From Verrucomicrobiota bacterium (GTDB lineage Bacteria; Verrucomicrobiota; Verrucomicrobiia; Limisphaerales; CANJSG01), in contig JBBQXJ010000003.1 in NCBI GenBank assembly GCA_038209745.1, positions 46,284-110,283 of the forward strand: 64,000 nucleotides of DNA. The letters are read 5' to 3'. The number at the start of each line of letters is the position of its first letter. Position 1 is the first letter of the stretch. The notes below the pieces were generated by a model. The model searched no databases. It worked only from the letters and a program-made list of their open reading frames with translations, and was not told the DNA's origin. The position numbers were made by a program, and so were the translations under genes. This document shows, one piece after another, positions 59,544-64,000 of this stretch.

Positions 59544-60650
59544 ATGTCTCTGAAAGCTGGCATCGTCGGTCTGCCCAACGTCGGGAAATCCACCCTGTTC
59601 AACGCCGTGACCCGCACCCGCAAGGCGCAGGCGGCGAACTACCCCTTTTGCACGATCGATCCGAACGTCGGCATCGTCACCGTGCCCGATGAGCGCCTGT
59701 CTGTGCTCCAGCAGATCGCCAAGACCAAGGTCGTCATTCCCGCCGCCATCGAGTTCGTCGACATCGCCGGCCTCGTGAAGGGCGCCGCCACCGGCGAAGG
59801 ACTGGGCAACAAGTTCCTCAGCCACGTCCGCGAGGTCGACGCCATCGTCCAGGTCGTCCGTTGCTTCGAGGACGCGGACGTCATCCACGTCGCCGGCAGC
59901 GTCGATCCCGTCCGCGACATCGAGATCATCAACACCGAGCTGATCCTCGCCGACATGGAGACCGTGAAGAAACGCCTCGAACGCGTGGCCAAGGACGCCA
60001 AGCGCGGCGACAAGGAAGCCATCGCCGAACAGGCCGTGCTCCAGAAGATCGAACCCGTCCTCGACTCCGGCAGACCCGCCCTGCTGGCCGAGCTCACGAA
60101 CGAGGACCGAGCCATCTCCCGCGCGCTGTTCCTCATGACGGACAAGCCCACCATCTTCGCCTGCAACGTGAAGGAAGGCGATCTCGCCACCGCCGACACG
60201 AATCCCTTCGTGCTCAAGGTCCGCGAATTCGCCAAGACCCACTTCGCCTGCGAAGCCGTCGTCATCAGCGCCCAGATCGAGAGCGACCTCGTTGATCTGA
60301 CCGACGAGGAGGCCAAGGCGTTCCTCGGCGAGCTCGGCGTGAAGGAATCCGGCGTTGGTGCGCTCATCCGCGCCACCTACCATTTGCTCGGGCTTCGCAC
60401 CTACTTCACCGCCGGCGAAAAGGAAGTCCGCGCCTGGACCATCCACAACGGCGACACCGCGCCCAAAGCCGCCGGAGTCATCCACAGCGACTTCGAGCGC
60501 GGATTCATCAAGGCCGAAACCGTCGCCTACAAGGACCTGGTGGAATGCGGCTCCGTCGCCGCCGCCCGCGAAAAGGGGCTCTACCGCATGGAAGGCAAGG
60601 AATACGTGGTGAAGGACGGCGACGTGCTGCTCTTCAAGTTCAACGTCTGA
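59544..60650 (+). CDS. ychF: Redox-regulated ATPase YchF
   Basis: GIVGLPNVGKSTLFNA, ANYPFCTIDPN, DIAGLV.GA..GEGLGNKFL, IHSDFERGFI.AE, EGKEYVV.DGD. Confidence 0.97.
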   Translation: MSLKAGIVGLPNVGKSTLFNAVTRTRKAQAANYPFCTIDPNVGIVTVPDERLSVLQQIAKTKVVIPAAIEFVDIAGLVKGAATGEGLGNKFLSHVREVDAIVQVVRCFEDADVIHVAGSVDPVRDIEIINTELILADMETVKKRLERVAKDAKRGDKEAIAEQAVLQKIEPVLDSGRPALLAELTNEDRAISRALFLMTDKPTIFACNVKEGDLATADTNPFVLKVREFAKTHFACEAVVISAQIESDLVDLTDEEAKAFLGELGVKESGVGALIRATYHLLGLRTYFTAGEKEVRAWTIHNGDTAPKAAGVIHSDFERGFIKAETVAYKDLVECGSVAAAREKGLYRMEGKEYVVKDGDVLLFKFNV

Positions 60651-60758
60651 GGCCCGTCCTCGAACCGGGACACGACAGTCCCCCCGAACCGGACGATCCG
60701 GAGTGCGCTGAGCCGGCGTGACCGTGGAAAGAAACCGAGGGCGCGGGACCTCGCCGGC

Positions 60759-61256
60759 TCAAGGACTTTCCGCTCCAGATTCCGGCGGCGGAGGCTTCGG
60801 CGAATGTCGGACCCGGCGGGCGAAGAAGAGGGCGCCGCAATAGGCCGCGACCGTGACGGGCAGGGCGATGACCACCGATCCCAAGAGCAGCGGCCTTCCG
60901 AGCGTGAACAGCTTCGACCAATGGAACCAGCCGCCGGGCGATGTCTGATGCAGGTGCAGCTTGGCCGGCAGTTCATGGGGATGGCTCATCAGCCAGTAGC
61001 CGATGTCGTATTCCCAGCGCAGCAACAGCGGCGAGAGCGGCAGGGTGACGTCGTGCAGCGTCACCGCGATGGCGGCCGCCACCACGCTTCCGCGCAACAA
61101 CCGGGTGATCCCCAGCGCCAGCAGCGTCTTGAAGCCCCATAGCGGGATGAACCCCATGAACACCCCGACCGCGACGCCCAGTGCAATGGCGTGCGGCGTG
61201 TCCTTGATGTGGAACACCCCGCCCGCCTTTGACCTGATCCAGTGAATCGGCGACAT
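60759..61256 (-). CDS. DUF2062 family membrane protein
   Basis: DTPH.IALG.A.GVF.G..P..G pattern. Confidence 0.8.
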   Translation of the reverse strand: MSPIHWIRSKAGGVFHIKDTPHAIALGVAVGVFMGFIPLWGFKTLLALGITRLLRGSVVAAAIAVTLHDVTLPLSPLLLRWEYDIGYWLMSHPHELPAKLHLHQTSPGGWFHWSKLFTLGRPLLLGSVVIALPVTVAAYCGALFFARRVRHSPKPPPPESGAESP

Positions 61257-61307
61257 GGATTAAAGAGTAGCCCATCGGGCCTTGCTGCAAAACTTCTCCC
61301 TGCCGGT

Positions 61308-62642
61308 TTACACCTGCGGATAGACCCACGATCCGCGATATGGCCGGCTCATCAGCTTCGTCGCTTCGGGATCGCCGATGATCTGCTCCTTGTCGCCGTC
61401 CCAGTCCAGGCTGCGGCCCGTGCGCCAGGAGATCATCCCCAGGAGCGGCAGGACCGAGGAACGGTGGCCGATCTCGATGTTGGCGACGCACTTCTTGCCG
61501 GTGTCGATCCCGGCCATGAAGTCGGCCCAGAGCAGCTTGAGATTGTGGCCGTCCGGCTGCTGGAGCTGGGAATCTTCGTGCGTCGTCTGGGCTTTGGAGT
61601 CGGTGGGGTAGAAGGTCCAGCCGTCCTGCCAACCTACGTGCAGCGTGCCTTTCGTGCCGTAGTAGTAGGCGCCGATGCTGTGCTTCTCCGCATGGTTGCC
61701 GGCGAAACGGCGATGCTCCCATTCGCAGGTGAAGTTCTCGAACTCGTAGACCGCGACCTGATGGTCGGGCGCGTCGGTCGTCTGTTCCTTGTCCGTCAGG
61801 ATGGGCGCGCCGGCGATGGGGCGGCCGCCGGTGCAGAAGACCTTCTTCGGATACTTTTCCCCGCTCCACCAGAGCACCTGGTCCAGCCAGTGGACGCCCC
61901 AGTCGCCGAGCTGGCCGTTGGCGTAGTCGAGGAAGTTGCGCCAGCCGCCGGGGTGGATCTTCTGGTTGAAGGGCCGCAGCGGCGCGGGTCCGCACCACAG
62001 GTCCCAATCGAGGCCGTCGGGTGGCGGCAGGTTGGCCGAGGGGTTTTCGTGGCCGCCGCCGCCGTCGGCGAAGACGCGGACCATGCCCACCTCCCCGACC
62101 GCGCCGGACCGGAGGAACTTCATCGCGTTCACATGGTGCGGCCCGATGCGGCGATGCAGGCCCACCTGGACGACGCGTCCGCTGTCGCGGGCCGCATGGA
62201 GCATGGCCTTGCTTTCGTTGACGGTGTGGCCGGTTGGTTTCTCCACGAAGACATGCGCGCCGGCCTTCACGGCGGCGATGGTCTGGAGCGCGTGCCAATG
62301 GTCGGGCGTCGCGATGATGACGACCTCGGGCTTCTCCTTCTCCAGCAGCTCCCGGAAATCGTTGTAGGTCTTCGGCGAATCGCCGTTGAGGTCGTTGACC
62401 GTCTCGGCGGCGAGTTCGCGCGTGTTGGCGTCCACGTCGCAGAGGCCGACCACTTTCAGGCGCCCGCTGGCGATCGCCTCCCGCAGGATGTTCTTGCCCC
62501 ACCAACCGCAGCCGATGAGCGCGGTGCGGAACTTCTTGTCCGGCTCGGCCGCGCGGATGAACGGCGCGGCGGTGAACATCGTGCCGGCCACGGCGGCGGT
62601 CTTGAGAAAGCGGCGGCGGGAGAGCGGGGTCGGGGCGATCAT
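61308..62642 (-). CDS. Gfo/Idh/MocA family oxidoreductase with Tat signal
   Basis: SRRRFLK; IGCG.WG; IATPDHWH; VEKP; DWD.WCGPAP; DWGVH..D. Confidence 0.9.
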   Translation of the reverse strand: MIAPTPLSRRRFLKTAAVAGTMFTAAPFIRAAEPDKKFRTALIGCGWWGKNILREAIASGRLKVVGLCDVDANTRELAAETVNDLNGDSPKTYNDFRELLEKEKPEVVIIATPDHWHALQTIAAVKAGAHVFVEKPTGHTVNESKAMLHAARDSGRVVQVGLHRRIGPHHVNAMKFLRSGAVGEVGMVRVFADGGGGHENPSANLPPPDGLDWDLWCGPAPLRPFNQKIHPGGWRNFLDYANGQLGDWGVHWLDQVLWWSGEKYPKKVFCTGGRPIAGAPILTDKEQTTDAPDHQVAVYEFENFTCEWEHRRFAGNHAEKHSIGAYYYGTKGTLHVGWQDGWTFYPTDSKAQTTHEDSQLQQPDGHNLKLLWADFMAGIDTGKKCVANIEIGHRSSVLPLLGMISWRTGRSLDWDGDKEQIIGDPEATKLMSRPYRGSWVYPQV

Positions 62643-62834
62643 GGTTCCAGTGGAGGGGTTCTCCTGAAGGTTTATCCATTCACCGGCTCTATGGGCAATC
62701 CCCGCTTTCGTGCCGGACGGAGAAACAAGAAGCATTGTGGCGCGGTCGCTCCGCATGACCGCGCTTGATCGGCGCCGTGCCGCATTCCCTTGGAATCGAC
62801 CGCGCTTTAACGCGTCGACGCTGCCCTTGCTCCG

Positions 62835-64000
62835 TTACTTCCTCAGGTCGAGGCAAACGACGTCGCCGCGCGAATTCCGGCAGTAGACGAATCCATTGGC
62901 CAGCACCGGCGCGGTCCAGGTCTTGCCGCCGAGCACCTGGGCGCGGGAGGTTGGTTTGAAGCCCTCGGGGCTGGCCGGCGCGGTCATCAGTTCTCCGTTG
63001 CCGCTGAGCGCGATCAGCCAGCCGTCGGCCACGATCAAGCCGCCGGTGCCGAAGTTGGCTTGTGACCACAGCTCCTTGCCGGTGGCGAACTCAAGGCACT
63101 TCAGCGCGGCCTTGCCGGACGTGTCGCCGTCGGGGCCGTAGAGGTGGCCCTTGTAAAGCACGGCGGCGTTCAACTGGGTGTGCAGCGCCTTCGACTTCCA
63201 CAACAGCTCGGGCACCTTGCCGCCCAGCTTGAAGAGGGACGCGCCCTTGCCGTAGCCGGTGGAGAGGAAGAGGCGCCCGTCGTCGATGATCGGATCGGAG
63301 GCGTTGACCCCGTATTGGGTGAGCCAGCGGGTGCTCCAGACCGGTTTTCCATCGCTCAGATCGACGGCGGTGTAGCTCTGGCCGGAGCTGAAGACCGCCA
63401 GGTCCTGTCCGCCTTCCTTGATCGGCAGCGGCGTGGAGTAACCGGCGGCTTTGGACTCCGATTTCCAGACGATGGCGCCGGTCATCTTGTCGAGCGCGAG
63501 GCCCGCTTCGCCGACGTTCAGATAGACGTTTGCGCCTTGAACCAGCGGCGCGCCGCCGAAGCCCCAGTCGGGCTGCCGGGCGCCGGTTTCCTTCTCCACG
63601 TTCTTCGACCAGACGACCGTGCCGTCTTTCGCGTTGAAGCAGAAAGCGTCGCCCCAGCGGCTCAGGGTGTAGACGCGGTCGCCATTGATCGTGGGTGTGC
63701 CGGTGGTGCCGCCCTCGAAGTATTTGTCGCCCAGTTCGGCCCGGTAGGAGTGCTTCCAGAGTTCCTTGCCGGTGGTGGCGTCGAAGCAGAACACGGTGTC
63801 CTTGTCGTCCGCATTGCCCATCGTGAAGACCCTTCCGTCGCCCACGACAAACGAGGAGAAGCCAAAACCGACCTTCGCCTTCCACGCGACCTTGGGACCG
63901 TCGGCCGGCCAGTCGTGCGACCCACCGGATTCAGCGGTCACGCCGTTGTGCTCCGGACCCCGCCACTGCAGCCAGTCACCGGCGCGAGCCGACGAGACCA
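62835..64000 (-). CDS. PQQ-binding-like (BamB-like) beta-propeller repeat protein; 5' end outside window
   Basis: DW.QWRGP..NG at window end; repeated DA.TGK.LW, S.P motifs; W..PV.ANG..Y.RN. Confidence 0.85.
   Translation of the reverse strand, partial: VSSARAGDWLQWRGPEHNGVTAESGGSHDWPADGPKVAWKAKVGFGFSSFVVGDGRVFTMGNADDKDTVFCFDATTGKELWKHSYRAELGDKYFEGGTTGTPTINGDRVYTLSRWGDAFCFNAKDGTVVWSKNVEKETGARQPDWGFGGAPLVQGANVYLNVGEAGLALDKMTGAIVWKSESKAAGYSTPLPIKEGGQDLAVFSSGQSYTAVDLSDGKPVWSTRWLTQYGVNASDPIIDDGRLFLSTGYGKGASLFKLGGKVPELLWKSKALHTQLNAAVLYKGHLYGPDGDTSGKAALKCLEFATGKELWSQANFGTGGLIVADGWLIALSGNGELMTAPASPEGFKPTSRAQVLGGKTWTAPVLANGFVYCRNSRGDVVCLDLRK

Overview
A GC-rich bacterial chromosomal segment, most likely Verrucomicrobiota (Pedosphaera/Limisphaera-like). 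This assignment is inferred from three PEP-CTERM proteins, several prepilin-type proteins (two of H-X9-DG type), LamG/Ig secreted proteins and a divergent rpoZ. It holds about 58 intact genes: housekeeping (mtnA, deoC, rpoZ, smpB, rpmB, rsgA, infA, purM, ychF), a minor-pilin triad, a MacAB-type ABC exporter with two permeases, a sigma54-activator redox module and glycan-related genes. There are two patches of pseudogene debris (16.4-18.1 kb and 33.4-35.1 kb) and REP-like palindromes, one inserted in-frame in a helicase. No rRNA, tRNA, CRISPR array, transposase or integrase was recognised. The most notable feature is a cobalamin riboswitch (55504-55673). It leads an operon with a PEP-CTERM-anchored BtuH-like protein, a secreted beta-sandwich protein and an H-X9-DG pilin, followed by a Cys-rich CWC/DUF5522 gene, with no btuB or btuFCD. 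This is a candidate pilus-associated B12 capture system. All family assignments come from motif recognition by eye; no database searches were run.
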